The position numbers and the translations under genes are program-made. The notes beneath the pieces are model-generated. The model did no database searches and was not told where the DNA came from. It saw nothing but the letters and a program-made list of their open reading frames with translations. From the human T2T-CHM13v2.0 reference genome, Homo sapiens: a stretch of 64,000 bases of DNA. This document shows, one piece after another, positions 1 to 13,619 of the stretch. Each line of letters opens with the position of its first letter. Within the stretch, counting starts at the first letter, position 1. The DNA lies in assembly GCF_009914755.1 (NCBI RefSeq), contig NC_060934.1; one strand, 5' to 3'.

Positions 1-470
1 ATCGTTTGATAATTTATCCTTTGATAAACATATAATAAAGATGTGCTCATACAGTTCATATTGTACCATGCATTGTGTCACATTTAGATATCACAGTAGC
101 ATTTTTGTTATTGTGAAAAATGTTTGTAATTTTATTATAATTTGTTGAGCCTAGAGTTAAGCTATTTGAATACTTATAATGATAATATTTTGGCTATTAG
201 AAACAGAGTATCTTGTTGTAACAAAATTACTATTAACACACTAATTATCCAGCAGATAGAACAACATATCTTGTTCTAATGAAGTAAATATATCTTATTT
301 GGTTTCAGCTTGGAATGAAGTTGATAATAGTGAGACCTTGTTGGTACAAGACTATGTAACACAACCTGCACTTCTCAACAAAAAATTGCTTTTCTGACTT
401 CTGCACTCAGTAGGTATCTTTGGAAAATAATCTCCTATTGGTACTGAGGCACCCTGGCTAAGTTTTGTAA

Positions 471-832
<362 letters not shown>

Positions 833-872
833 AAGATAGTTACTTTCTTAGTGACACAAGTCACTATGTCAC

Positions 873-1308
873 AAAGTTGATCCTTGAATAAGGGTTTTCA
901 CTGTAGGAGCCCACTAACAGACAGATTTTTCTTTTCCTTTGGCACTGCAAGATAGCAAGACAAATCTCTCCTCTGCCTCCTCCTTATCAGACTACTCAAT
1001 GTGAAGGCAATAAGAATGAAAACCTTTATGTATAATAATTCACTTCCACTTAATAAATAGTGAATATATTTTTTCCTCCTTATAACAGTTTTCCTCGAGT
1101 TCACTTTATTGTAAGAATACAGTATATAGTACATATAAAATCGAAACTATGTGTTAATTGACTATGCTTTCAGTAAGGCTCCAGGTCAACAGTGGACTAT
1201 TAGTAAAGGTTTGGAGGAGTCAAAAGAAACAGATTTTCATATGAAGCAGATTTTCAGCTGCATGGGGGATCAGCACCCTAACTCTCATATTGCACAAGAC
1301 TCCATTGT
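873..1308 (+). mobile_element. Tigger2a/MER28-like DNA transposon
   Basis: Starts AGTTGATCCTTGAA (TIR-like). Internal CTACTCAATGTGAAG...CACTTCCACTTAAT...GGTCAACAGTGGACTATTAGT resembles Tigger2a. Confidence 0.7.
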
Positions 1309-1451
1309 AATTAATTCTCATTTACTAAATGCAAACCGTTTATTGTAAAAATTAAATAGAGCCCAGAAGTTCAATACCAGCCTGGGCAATATAAGGAGAC
1401 CCTGTCTCTAAAATACATAAATAAATAAAACCATGTTTCTTCATAGGTTAT

Positions 1452-1948
1452 TGTGGGAGTTCAGTCAGGCTGGTGGGAAACATTTTAAGATGAAGTTATA
1501 GGACATAGACACAAATCTTCTTGGAATGCCAAAGGTTTTGTAAAAGTCTCAAGATAGGGTTATGGCTGAAAGCAGCCTAATCCTTACCTTGAGTAAGTAG
1601 CTTAAAGTGGGTACAAAGAAAGGTAGAGTAGTTTATCCAAATAGCTTGTTTACTCATGTGGTCTTAAGACTACCCTTTGATCACCCACAGGCAAGATGGC
1701 TCTCCTGGGGTAGGGGCACCCAGATTAATTACCCACAGGTGTGTTGGCTCAAAGCCTTTATCATTAAAACTTTGCTAATAAATGCCCACAGGGCCAGCTA
1801 GCCAGGGCTGTGGCTGCTGACTCTTTACAGCACCTTCCTTGGTGCCTGTAATCGGCTCAGAACCCTTGCTGCTCTTTCACTGAATATTGGTGTCTGGGTA
1901 TGTGTCTCATCCGTCATGCAGCCGGGGTCTGTGGGACAGACCACCGCA
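1452..1948 (+). mobile_element. Solo ERVK LTR (LTR3/HML-6-like)
   Basis: TG...CA termini (TGTGGGAGTTCAGTCAGGCTGGTGGG ... GACAGACCACCGCA), internal AATAAA, and 6-bp TSD GGTTAT/AGTTAA. Confidence 0.75.
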
Positions 1949-2517
1949 AGTTAAAATATTCAAATGTTACGGTTTTCTGTTATTAATTCCTACTTTTCAT
2001 TATTAGATGGTCAATTCTTTGTGGCTTCTAATTCAGGGCATGTAAGCTACTTTAAAATTTGTAATAAAATTTATTTATAAATATATTAATTCATTAAATT
2101 GGATAACCTGATCATCCCCTATTACTGAGCTCATCAATCACACTAAGGGTTATACATTTTGTAACAAGCCTAAGTTGTTATGACAATTGAAGAAACATAC
2201 AATATACAAACTTAAACATTGCATTACTTATTTATACAAAAGTATTATGTAGGATTTTAGGGACCATAATTAAACAAATATTTTTTCAGATAATATTTTT
2301 TGAGATTATAAGCTACCTACAACTAAATTCTTAATTCTGAATTATAAACTAAAAAATTTAAATCAAAGCTATATATATATATGTATATACCCACATATAT
2401 GTATATATGTAAACACATGCTATTTACACATTGCTTTTTGAATTGCTTTTTTGTGATCAATAGTTCCATAATCTTATGATAGCACCACCAAGAGTAGTTT
2501 ACTATCAGAGGTCTTAC

Positions 2518-2582
2518 CTGGATTGCTATTTTGAGGATTTTTAGATATCTTTCATATATATTCCAAAAGTTGTTGATGAATG
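2518..2582 (-). pseudogene. ANKRD30-like exon 6 (65 nt, in-frame TGA)
   Basis: catag|CATTCATCAACAAC...AATCCAG|gtaaga; translates IHQQLLEYI*KISKNPQNSNP. Stop at 2552-2554. Confidence 0.92.
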
Positions 2583-3059
2583 CTATGTATAAAAATGTAA
2601 TAAATAAAATTACTATTTTAACACTGATATAAAAAACATTTACCAAATTTATTATTAGGGTATTTCAGATAATATCAGAGCTAACATCAGAACATTACTT
2701 ATTTCATAGACTTTGAGTTTGTAAGCTCTATGAACTTACTAAGCTTTTAATTAAAGAAGAAATAAAGTAAGATGAAATACTCATGAATTGAGGGCAGTCT
2801 AACTCAGTAAATTAACTAGAGTTAGCTTGGTATAACGGAAAATGCCCCTAACTCAGAAAAACTCCTAGCATGGTAACCAACAGGTATTTTTTCTTGAACA
2901 ACTTGCTTCTCTTAGGCGCAATGTCTTCTAAAAATGAGGATTTTAGAGCCTTATTTCACTAGGTTATTATAAGAATTTAACAAGAGAACATTTTTAAAAT
3001 ACTCTGAGAAATAGTGAAGCAATGAAATAATTTGTTCTTGAACCTTATTGCTGAAACTA

Positions 3060-3227
<168 letters not shown>

Positions 3228-3830
3228 TTAAAAAACTGTTTATTCATAGGTTATAATGTTCAAATGTTACAGTTTTCTGTTATTAATTCCTACTTTTGGT
3301 TATTATTAGATGTTCTATTCTTTGTGGCTTGTAATTCAAGGCATCTAAGCTATTTTATAATTTGTAATGAAATTTATGAATATATTAATTATTAAATTGG
3401 ACAATCTGATTATCCTCTATTACTGAGCTCATCAATCACACCAAGGGAAGAAAACTATAGATGTCAGCATCTGGCTTGGACTACTACTAATCTTTCTCTA
3501 CCTCCCTAAACTCTGAACCAACAAATCTTTCTTAGAATGATGCTTAGTCACTATGTTCATTTCCAGCTGCTGTGGAAGACAAAAACCTACCTTTATTTTT
3601 TGTAAGTTCCACAAAGAAGATGCCAGTTGGTATTTTCTCATTGGCCTACTAACAACATACTGCACACAAGATCCTATGTGTTACCATATCTCATTTCATA
3701 GATCACCTTACATAAATATTTTTCGTATGAAAATCACAATTGCAATACTGGCTGTCACCCATTTTGCTTTGACTCACACCATTTCCTTGGAGCTAGTTAG
3801 AAAGTAGTCAAATGTCCTTTTGGGGACTGC

Positions 3831-3938
3831 AAGAAATATGCAACACTTCACAGATTTCTGTGTCATCCTTGTGCAGGGACCATGCTGATCTTCTCGACAT
3901 TGTTTCAATTTTAGTATATGTACCCCTGAAGCCAGCAC
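3831..3938 (-). pseudogene. U6 snRNA pseudogene (full length, diverged)
   Basis: Reverse complement GTGCTGGCTTCAGGGGTACATATACTAAAATTGAAACAATGTCGAGAAGATCAGCATGGTCCCTGCACAAGGATGACACAGAAATCTGTGAAGTGTTGCATATTTC aligns end to end with U6. The ACAGAGA box is mutated. Confidence 0.92.
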
Positions 3939-5154
3939 AAATCCCTACTTTTATATGTGAAGACTCATCAGTGATGGATGAGGCTTAGCTCTGTTTAATC
4001 TAAGCAACCTCCTTGAGATAGAGTGAAGTCTATTGAATGGCTTTATGGTAATGCAGAATTTGAAAATATTTTAAAAACTCGAGATAGAGATGCAAGTAGC
4101 ACGGGAGATTTTTAACTTTTGGGAAAAAAAGAATCACTTGAGGGGACAACCACAAGTTGGAACCCACTACAACTTTGGAAAGATGACATGGGATCTTACA
4201 GAATAAGATGAGACCTTCCACTACCTACAAAATGGTGCTACACGGGACATAAAGTGCCAGGGATATACATCTGGTAACAAAATAAAAATGGAACTCTAAT
4301 TCCTTCCTGTAACATTATTTCAACCTGACTTACAGTTTTAAACTGTCGCAACTAATATTTGCTAGAGAAAACAGAAAAGTCACTTAAAGGATAACTTATG
4401 AAGGTCTAGGCCAAGTTCAGGCAAGATGTGGGTTTCACATCAGGTTTTGAGTGGGAGAAGGGTCAATTTGCTCACTATGTGTGTGGCAAAAGATAAAAGT
4501 CCTAGCTGCCAGAGCAGGGTGCTGGTACTTTGGAAACAATGGCTGAGAATATATATGTGAACTTTAAAAAACTGTAATAAATTTGAAGTCTACATATGGA
4601 TCACCATAAAATCTGTGTTAGTAAGGGCACCTGGTCACAAAGGTCAATCATTACCAGACTGCAGGAACAGTTTCAATGGCAACGATGCAGCAACAGAATC
4701 AATGGAAACAACAAAATGAAGAGAATGGCCATTTTCCCCCCCAATCCTTCTGACTTACACAAAATGAATCTCTTCCTTGTACTTAAGGAACCCGTTAGAT
4801 TCTTTTTAAAAATTCAAGTATTAAGGTATGGAAGACAGCCCCCAGGGGACACCATCAGGTTTTCTGGTAAAGTGGACATTTCAAGACCCAAATAACTAAT
4901 TAGAAAAATCAAAATTGTGACACTATGTTTATCCCATGCATAGGGGTTATACTTAAAATCAAGTACACAACATTAGGATCCCTAGGGATAAAGCTGTTGA
5001 AAGTCCTAAAATAAAGAATCCTGGACCCATTATTCCTTCTAACTAGTCTAGCTTTTTGACTAGTTTCTGGCCGATGAAGTGAACTAACTCACTGTCATTC
5101 AAAAATTACCTGAAACAAACTATAAAATCTCACCTAGTCTTTAAATGTAAACAC

Positions 5155-5292
5155 CGATTAAGTCCACAAGCAACAGCATAACGTTCTGCAGTCATTCCAC
5201 ATGTATCTTCAGCACAGATGTCAACATTTTGCTGAAGAACCATGCCAACTATCTCTCATGCTCCATGACATATGGCAAGCATGAGGGCTGTG
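5155..5292 (-). pseudogene. ANKRD30-like exon 5 (138 nt, in-frame TGA)
   Basis: attttag|CACAGCCCTCATG...; translates TALMLAICHGA*EIVGMVLQQNVDICAEDTCGMTAERYAVACGLN. Stop at 5256-5258; weak donor CG|gtgttt. Confidence 0.92.
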
Positions 5293-6152
5293 CTAAAATA
5301 ACAAAGAGTTAACTTCATTGTTAGGAACAGAACCAATTTAATATGTGCCTGTCAGTGTAGAATTAACCATTTACATGTACTAACAAACATAACTATCTTG
5401 AGTGCTCAAGTGTTTATCCTTGTAAATCACCACCAAGGCTAAAAGGAAGGGGCAAAAAGACTCATGTCCCACTGGAATATGGCATACTAGAATTGGCTAA
5501 CATAAAGTCCTTTGAGGGGCAAAGACTTATGCTTTGTTCACTAACCTAAAAGAGGCAAAGATTTAAGTGAAGAATTATCTATTTCTTCCTTATTCTGATA
5601 TAATATTTTGTACTTCAAAATCAGCTAGAAGTCAGACAAATAAGAGCAATCTGAAGGCTTAAAACAGTATTAGGAATAATGATATTAGTAGTAGTTATAG
5701 TAAGTTTACTTAATGATGCTGATAAGAATGTATGAAACACTGAATTAAATGCTGTTGATATTTATAATGTTACTTCAACACAATCGTCCTTAAAGGACAT
5801 ATTATTATTCTCCTTTTCATATAGAAAATCATAGTTGGTATTAACTAATGTTTGCAAGGTCACACCTATCAAGTGAGGAAGCTAGAAATTAAATTTAGTA
5901 TTGTGTGAATCAAAAGCCTATCTCTTTTCTCTTTATCACTCACCTATGGCTTATCTTAATTAACTAAAATGTTAATCCAATTAAAGATGTCTTTCTTCCC
6001 TCTACCCATACAAATTAAAAATAAAAATACACTATGAATAAAAAAGAAAAAAATAATAAATTCACAGTATCTGGTGATAGCAATTAATAGTCACGTAGGG
6101 ATAACCTAAAATTAATACTCTTCAAAGAAAACAAAGCAAACAATCATCCTAA

Positions 6153-6484
<332 letters not shown>

Positions 6485-6877
6485 AATATTGCATTTTTTT
6501 AAAAGTGTATAAAAAAACGGAAGTTAGAAAAATACTATAAAAGTGTTAATCATTCAATATTGAATTACAAAGTAAACTAAAAAATCATACTTCTTAAAAC
6601 TAATACAGAACCACTTTAGCTTATGGAAGATAATGCAACCAAAAACATCAGATTACACATAAGAATCAATCAATATAATAAGAGAAGTCCTACTACATAC
6701 TGCTCTTTATGTTGATCAGTCCAAATAATTGCTTTACTTCTGATAATTTGTGTTGATATGTTTCACTATAATCTAATAATTTTAAGTAAATATTAATTTA
6801 ATATTTCTGACTTGAGTCTTATTTCTCTAGAACACTACTCAAGTGTTTTTTAATAAAAAAAAAAAGAACTACTATAC

Positions 6878-6980
6878 CATTTAAACTTATTAACTGCATT
6901 TGCATTTTTTTTGTCTGTAAAAATTCCACAATTTGCTCACGTCTTTTCATTATGGCCAGTAAAAGTGGTGTGAGGCTAGC
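6878..6980 (-). pseudogene. ANKRD30-like exon 4 (103 nt, frameshifted)
   Basis: tttacag|GCTAGCCTCACACCA...TTTAAATG|gtatag; translates ASLTPLLLAIMKRREQIVEFLQTK. An A8 run at 6905-6912 is consistent with loss of TGCA from the NANA repeat. Confidence 0.92.
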
Positions 6981-8847
6981 CTGTAAAACAGTAAAACGAT
7001 TTATAATTCATGAAATTACATATTTCTCAGCTGAACTGAATACTTTATATAATATCCTATGAACTTAAACACATAAAATATAAAGTCAATCAATAGCAAT
7101 CCCTTCCTTCTCCCTTTTCTGTGCTTTCTCATGCACTGCACCTTACCTTGTTTCAGCCTCTGCATCACCAAATTAACTCTGGTTATCTCCAAAAATCATT
7201 ATATTGTAATGATTTTATGGTTTCTCTTCTAAACCAAGAGCTTCTTGAGGGCAAGGGCTGTATCCTTTATCTCTATATCCTTAAACCCTAAGACATAGTA
7301 GTAAATATTTTGTTTTTGACTAAATTAGTAATCTAAATTATTACCTCTAGAGCAGTGTTTCTTAAACTATATTCTAAAAGATAATTACCTTACCAGAAGT
7401 AATGTACCCCAGCAGATTCCACCATTATCTATGTTGAAGAAATATTATAAAACTGTGAATTAAATGTCCATTATTCAATAAATGACTTGAACTTTGCCTA
7501 ATCCTTATTTGACAATATATTTTTGTGGCAGACATTAACATTTGACAAATTAGAATTTCAGGGATACAGTTTTGAAAGCTTTGCAAGAAAAATGGAGGTT
7601 TCCTCTGGGTGATACAAACTCGCTTGATTCTCTTCTACCAATAATCCCAAGATCCCAGATGCCAATGTCAGGCACACCTGCTCTAAATGGGTCACTAAGG
7701 AAGTGGCTCTAAATTAAAAGAGTTTGGCTTCAAATGAACTTTGATTGCTTATTATTAAATAATAATGGGGTTTCTCCTATTACAAGACAACAGAATTTTA
7801 TCTCAGCTATTAGAAATTCAGTATAAAACTTTATTCTCAATTATAATAATCATCCTAGGATCCTAATGCATATCTTTTTAAAATGCAATAATCCATTTTT
7901 ATTCTGATTTCTATTAGCTGCTACTTAATTTTTGACAAAATATCAACAATATTAATAAAATGGCTTATTAATTAAAGTTCTAACTCATCTATGTGGATTA
8001 GCATAATATAAGCCACTAAATCACTTGAATTTTAAGGGACGATTCTGAGGAGAAGGATATAATATTTTCTACAATATGCACAACCTATTCAAATACAACC
8101 ATGATTAATACAAAAAGGCTTAAAGTCATTCTAATAGAAGATGATTATTTATGGTTTATATACAGAAAAATCATTGTTTAAAAAATCTTCTAAATTCTAG
8201 AAGTAGCCCATTATTAATGAATTAATGTAAAATATAAACTATATATTATAAACAGCTATCAACTGTCTTGAATACCTTGAAATCTCTACCAAAATATACT
8301 ATGAGAGAGAAATTGATAACTGAAATATTTACAGAGGCAAAAGAGGTAAGTTGAGGAAGTGATGTAACTAGGTGGGCACAGTAGCAAACTGGAAACATAT
8401 GCTTTGTGTAAAGTTAGAACGTCTTCATAGCATACCAAACAGTCATATGGGCTCAAGAGACACCAGATTCAATCCTTTAAGAGGAAATCCAGATTTCTGC
8501 ATGTCTCCTACATTTTACATGTTGACTCAATTTATGCAGGCAAATTTTGCTTTCCTGTAGTTTTACACTAATTGGAAAGAAAAAAAACTTGGGTAGGAAA
8601 GAATATTTGAAAAAGTTTTACCTTTAACAAATTCAAATATTTATCATAAATGCATAGAAAAGCCACACTCTCTGGTAATTCTTGTAAAAATATTAATATT
8701 TAAAGTAAAATCTTAGAAAATTAAGTTCTTTCAAACCATTTTCATTCAAGGAATGTTTGAGCTTCCAAATATAAAAAACCTTACATATGTTAATGTTAAA
8801 ACAAATGGATTTCAAATATTTTGAAAATAACATTGGTTAACGTCCAC

Positions 8848-9021
8848 CTTGTTTTGCACTTTGATGACTGCACCATGGGACAGCAGTTTTGCCACCATTG
8901 ACAAATTCTCACTATAAACAGTATAATGGAGAGCCGTGTTGCCATACACATCTACAATATTTAGATCGGCACCAGAATCTGTGAGAATATTTGCACAAGC
9001 CTCCCTCTGGCATTGTAGAGC
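8848..9021 (-). pseudogene. ANKRD30-like exon 3 (174 nt, open)
   Basis: gacag|GCTCTACAATGC...CAAAACAAG|gtggac; translates ALQCQREACANILTDSGADLNIVDVYGNTALHYTVYSENLSMVAKLLSHGAVIKVQNK. Confidence 0.95.
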
Positions 9022-9183
9022 CTGTCAGTATTAAAACAAGAAGTAAATTATAAATTATAGGAAATCAAAATAAATATTCCACAGGTTTCACAAACTAGTT
9101 GTATTTCAATGAGATAAATTCATTTTTATTCTATGTATTTAAACCAAATCCATCTCCTGCTGAAAAAACTGGCTACAATTTAC

Positions 9184-9297
9184 CTTCATCAGAGGTGTCC
9201 AGTTTTCGCCATCAGGACGTCAAGCTGGCACTTTCTGTCTACCAGAAATGTTACTACTTCCGCATGGCCGTTGACACAGGCCCAGTGTAGAGCAGTC
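9184..9297 (-). pseudogene. ANKRD30-like exon 2 (114 nt, 1-nt deletion)
   Basis: ctcgtag|GACTGCTCTACACTGG...CTGATGAAG|gtaaat. Frameshift at about 9214 (GTC CT GAT). Confidence 0.93.
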
Positions 9298-9494
9298 CTA
9301 CGAGAGTGAGAGGACTTTTAGGCAAAGTATAGTCCACTGTCTCAAAACATACAACGATTTATGTAATTGTAAACATTAAATACCATGCTCTTTCTCTGCC
9401 TTCAAAAGAAATATTTAATATTCTCCTGAAGAAAGTACAACATTTGTTCACTCTTATTACTCACTGCATTAATGAAAGAGTGGCCTATTTGAAT

Positions 9495-9722
9495 AGAAAG
9501 AGTTTGGCCTTTGGATTCAGTTCAACTTGGGCTTGAATATTACTTTAAGAAGTTTCACTTTCTAGCTGTCACTTAAACTTTCTGCACCTCGATTTTCTCA
9601 TCAATAAAATGAAGATGAATACAGCAGTTATCTCACAGGACATCACTGTGATGCCTCAGTGAGAATCTATGCAAAGTATTTTGGAGAGTTCTTAGCACAT
9701 GTAACAGCTCAGTAGTTGTTAG
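9495..9722. mobile_element. MIR SINE (diverged)
   Basis: MIR core GTCACTTAAACTTTCTGCACCTCGATTTTCTCATCAATAAAATG. Confidence 0.6.
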
Positions 9723-11995
9723 ATATAATTATGACTACTACTTAACAAAGGCAACATTTTAAGTAAAAGGTGCAATTATGCCTGCTTTGTGGTGTGCTTT
9801 AAAGGTTAGAGATAACACGGTATTTTAATGATTCTAAGATGCTCAATTTCTCATGTTTTAACATTTCTGACATTGAAATGCCACTTATAATTCATTATTT
9901 ATTACAACTATATTTAGCAGAAATTTAAACAATCTTTTATTGGTGCATAAAATAAGGAGGCATCACACAATTCACAGTGCCTTCCAAGAAGTGGAATACG
10001 GTATATACAACAGGACGATGGCAGTCCCAGTCGCAGGATTAACACTGAAAGAAATTTTAACTTTTAAGAGTACTACGCAAAAAGAGAGTTGAAATAAAAA
10101 CAACTGTTTAATATTTAATATTAAATTAAATTAATATTTAATAACTTCTTTAATATTTTAAAAACTTCAAGCCAAAGAAAACTTGGGATTCAAATAAATA
10201 GGTATGGCTCATTTTATTCTGTATTTAGATTTACAGACTATGTAAATTCATATTTAAATTTATAGAACCCATGTAAATTAGATATTTCCAATGATTAATA
10301 TTACTCTTTAAAGCTGTTATAAATGTCCAACATCGTGGGTGGTAGTTATCATTTACTAGTTTCCCACTTCAGAATTGTTTTTGTTTTAAAGATGAGAGGG
10401 AAAGCTTCAACTGAGATTCAGTCCTAATACTCCAATTTTAAATCTCTCACTTTCCTCAGGCTGAGCAGGTAAATGTGAAATTTTTAAGGATGAAAAGGTC
10501 TTCAGAGTTAATAGGATGTCTCTTCTACATAATAGGCATTCAGCTTACATGTGATAAATGGATTAAAAGAATGGATCAATACAGTTGGGAAGTTCAATAT
10601 CTTAAAAAACTGCTATAAATAAAGCACTTATATTTGCTATTTTATTTTTCTAATAATTACACTAAAATGATTATAATTATTGGCACATACATAAGTCTAT
10701 ATATGTGTCTAATAAAATGTATATGTAAATCAATAACCACAGATAAAAGATTCTCTTCTGAAGATGCTAAAAGTTCACAGAATATACTAATCCATAAAAA
10801 AATTATAGAACATGAGAAATTATTTTTATCTGTGAAAAATTCATATTCCTGCACTTCTCAAAAATTATTTCATTAATAACAAACTTTTACTAACAGCATT
10901 GTACATGCTCAATGCAGAAATCAAAGATAATAAAAAGGAAAAACATTTAAATTTAAACAAATGCCCTCAAATAATAAATTTTATCATATTTCGTACATAA
11001 TTTCAGATAACACAAGACCATAGTCTGTATGTGTAATCAAACTGAACTTTACCTTCACTTGATACACCAAAATATATTTTCAAATGTCAACATACTTCTG
11101 TATATATTTCTACCTTGAGTGGTCACATATTATCCCATGCTGTAAACTCACTGAAGTGTATTTATAAAAGCCATTATATCGATTCTTCTTAATACATTGA
11201 TATTTTAAGCAGTGCTCAGAAAAGAAATTGTGTGTATGTTTCATTATTTTGTAAAAACATTTTAGTATAATAGAATTGATCACTAACAGGCATAAACAGT
11301 TTTTAAATATGGTACTTACCATCAAATTGTCTATTGAAAAGTCATCTGCAACTTAAACTTTAAGGAGCACTATAAATATCACTGCTTTTTATCCTCACAA
11401 ACTTTGTGGACAGGAAACAGTATTTGAGTCCTCTTTTAACTTAAATGCCTTCTCTAACCAGGAACACTAAATATTGTTTCCTGTGTGCATAGGCCACTTA
11501 CAGATCTTAAAAAAGGACTTTGCCCAATTTTAAATTAGAGGTCAAGTAGTTTTTTTAGATCTGCAATTTAGACCTCTAATTTATGTTGCCCAATTTTAAA
11601 TTAGAGGGTTTTTTTGTTGATTTGAGTGAATTCTCTATAAAATGAAGATTTTTAAATCTAATATGTATACACACACGCATATACATATGTAGTAAATATT
11701 TTACAAGTATGCTGCCTTTTATTTTTTCTCATGTGCACGGTGATTTAATTTTTGTTTTACTAAATTAACCTTCAGAATGCTTGCTTCTGAGTTTCTTAGA
11801 AAGGTTTTGTCAACATAAAAATGTATCTGTGTGAACAGGCATTTTGTTTTCTTCTGGTATTTTTATCATTTTGTATATTAAAAACTTTGGAATTTTGTGG
11901 CATAAAAATCTAGTTTTCTCCAAAAAGCAGGCATTTCACTTATGAAATTAGTTATTTTCCTACTAGTACAAAGTGTGACCATTATCAAGATCTAA

Positions 11996-12393
<398 letters not shown>

Positions 12394-13142
12394 TGATAGC
12401 ACATTTTGACATCTAGAAGGGCAAGACTTTTCTACTCAATTACAAAATATTTAAAATGTCATCACAGTAGTAAAAGACAGCCTGTGTAATTTTTTAAAAA
12501 AATGTTAAAACGTTGATAACTTTATTTGGTTTATGTAAAACTGATAAAGAACTCGCATCTTGAGAAAAATGAGTCTTCTTAAATTCAAGAACATAAACCA
12601 TCTTCCCACCTCAAAGTTTCCTTTCTAAGACCCCTCAGCAAAGAACATATTTACATAGACATTCATTGATATCAAAATGGATATTGGACTTCATCCAAAG
12701 AACTTTTAGCCAAGAAGTCCATATATTATAGGAATTATTTCATTATGCACCATTTCATAATGTATCTAACATTATCTTTTAAAACCTGTACATTAAAAGT
12801 AAAACCCTGTATGTACTTAATTTTGTGAGTTAAATCACTTTAAAATTTTCTACACAGTGCTCTGTGAGAGGAAGTGGAAGTGAAGGAGAAAGCAGCGAAA
12901 GTTTGGGGTTGATTTTAAGGTGGCCTGGGCCCTCTGACCTGCAGGACGCCCCCATCCCAGGCCTGGGGGGCCTACCCGGGAAGAAGGCCTAGACCCCAGG
13001 GCCCAGGACGGCCGACCTACCGCTCGCCACTCCTCCACCTGCTCCCCTCGTCCCCAGGCCTCCCAGCACCTCATTCTTAAGGGGCGATCCTCCTACAGCC
13101 GCCTCCTCCTCCTGCAGCCCCGGCTCAGGCAGGGCCTGGTAT

Positions 13143-13360
13143 CTCTTCGTCACATCTCTTTTGTTCAGGTCGATGGTCTTCCTCATGGTTATCCCCTCCA
13201 GATTCCAGGCTTGGCCCAGGGAGACAACTTTGTGGATCTTCCTGAGATCCCCATAGTGGATCACGCAAGAGTCCTTGTTGGTGTAGACCAGCTGACTGAA
13301 GGGGCTCCGGCGCTCCGGGCCCTTCACGCCCTTGCCAGCTGCGGCAGAGAGCTTCTTCAT
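13143..13360 (-). pseudogene. ANKRD30-like exon 1, coding part (218 nt)
   Basis: ATG at 13360 in GCCGCAGCCATGA context; translates MKKLSAAAGK...DLNKRDVTKR. The expected donor position reads AAGAG|ATACCAG (AT instead of GT). Confidence 0.92.
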
Positions 13361-13619
13361 GGCTGCGGCCACCTCCTAGAGAGAGCCTGTGCCTCCCGCT
13401 CGCCCTTCCCCAGCCCCCGCCGCTCGCCCTCGCCCTTCTTGAGTCCCCACACCCGCTCCAACACCAGTAAAACTTGCTGTCTGGCCAAGCTCTTGGACAC
13501 TACGGCTTCTCCTGGGAGAAATTCGCTGAGCAAAGCCATTAGGCAGCAGTGCATGCGCAGCTCAGCAGGCTGAGGAGACACGCGCCCTGGCCGCCCTCCC
13601 CCGGGCACCGCATGCAGGT

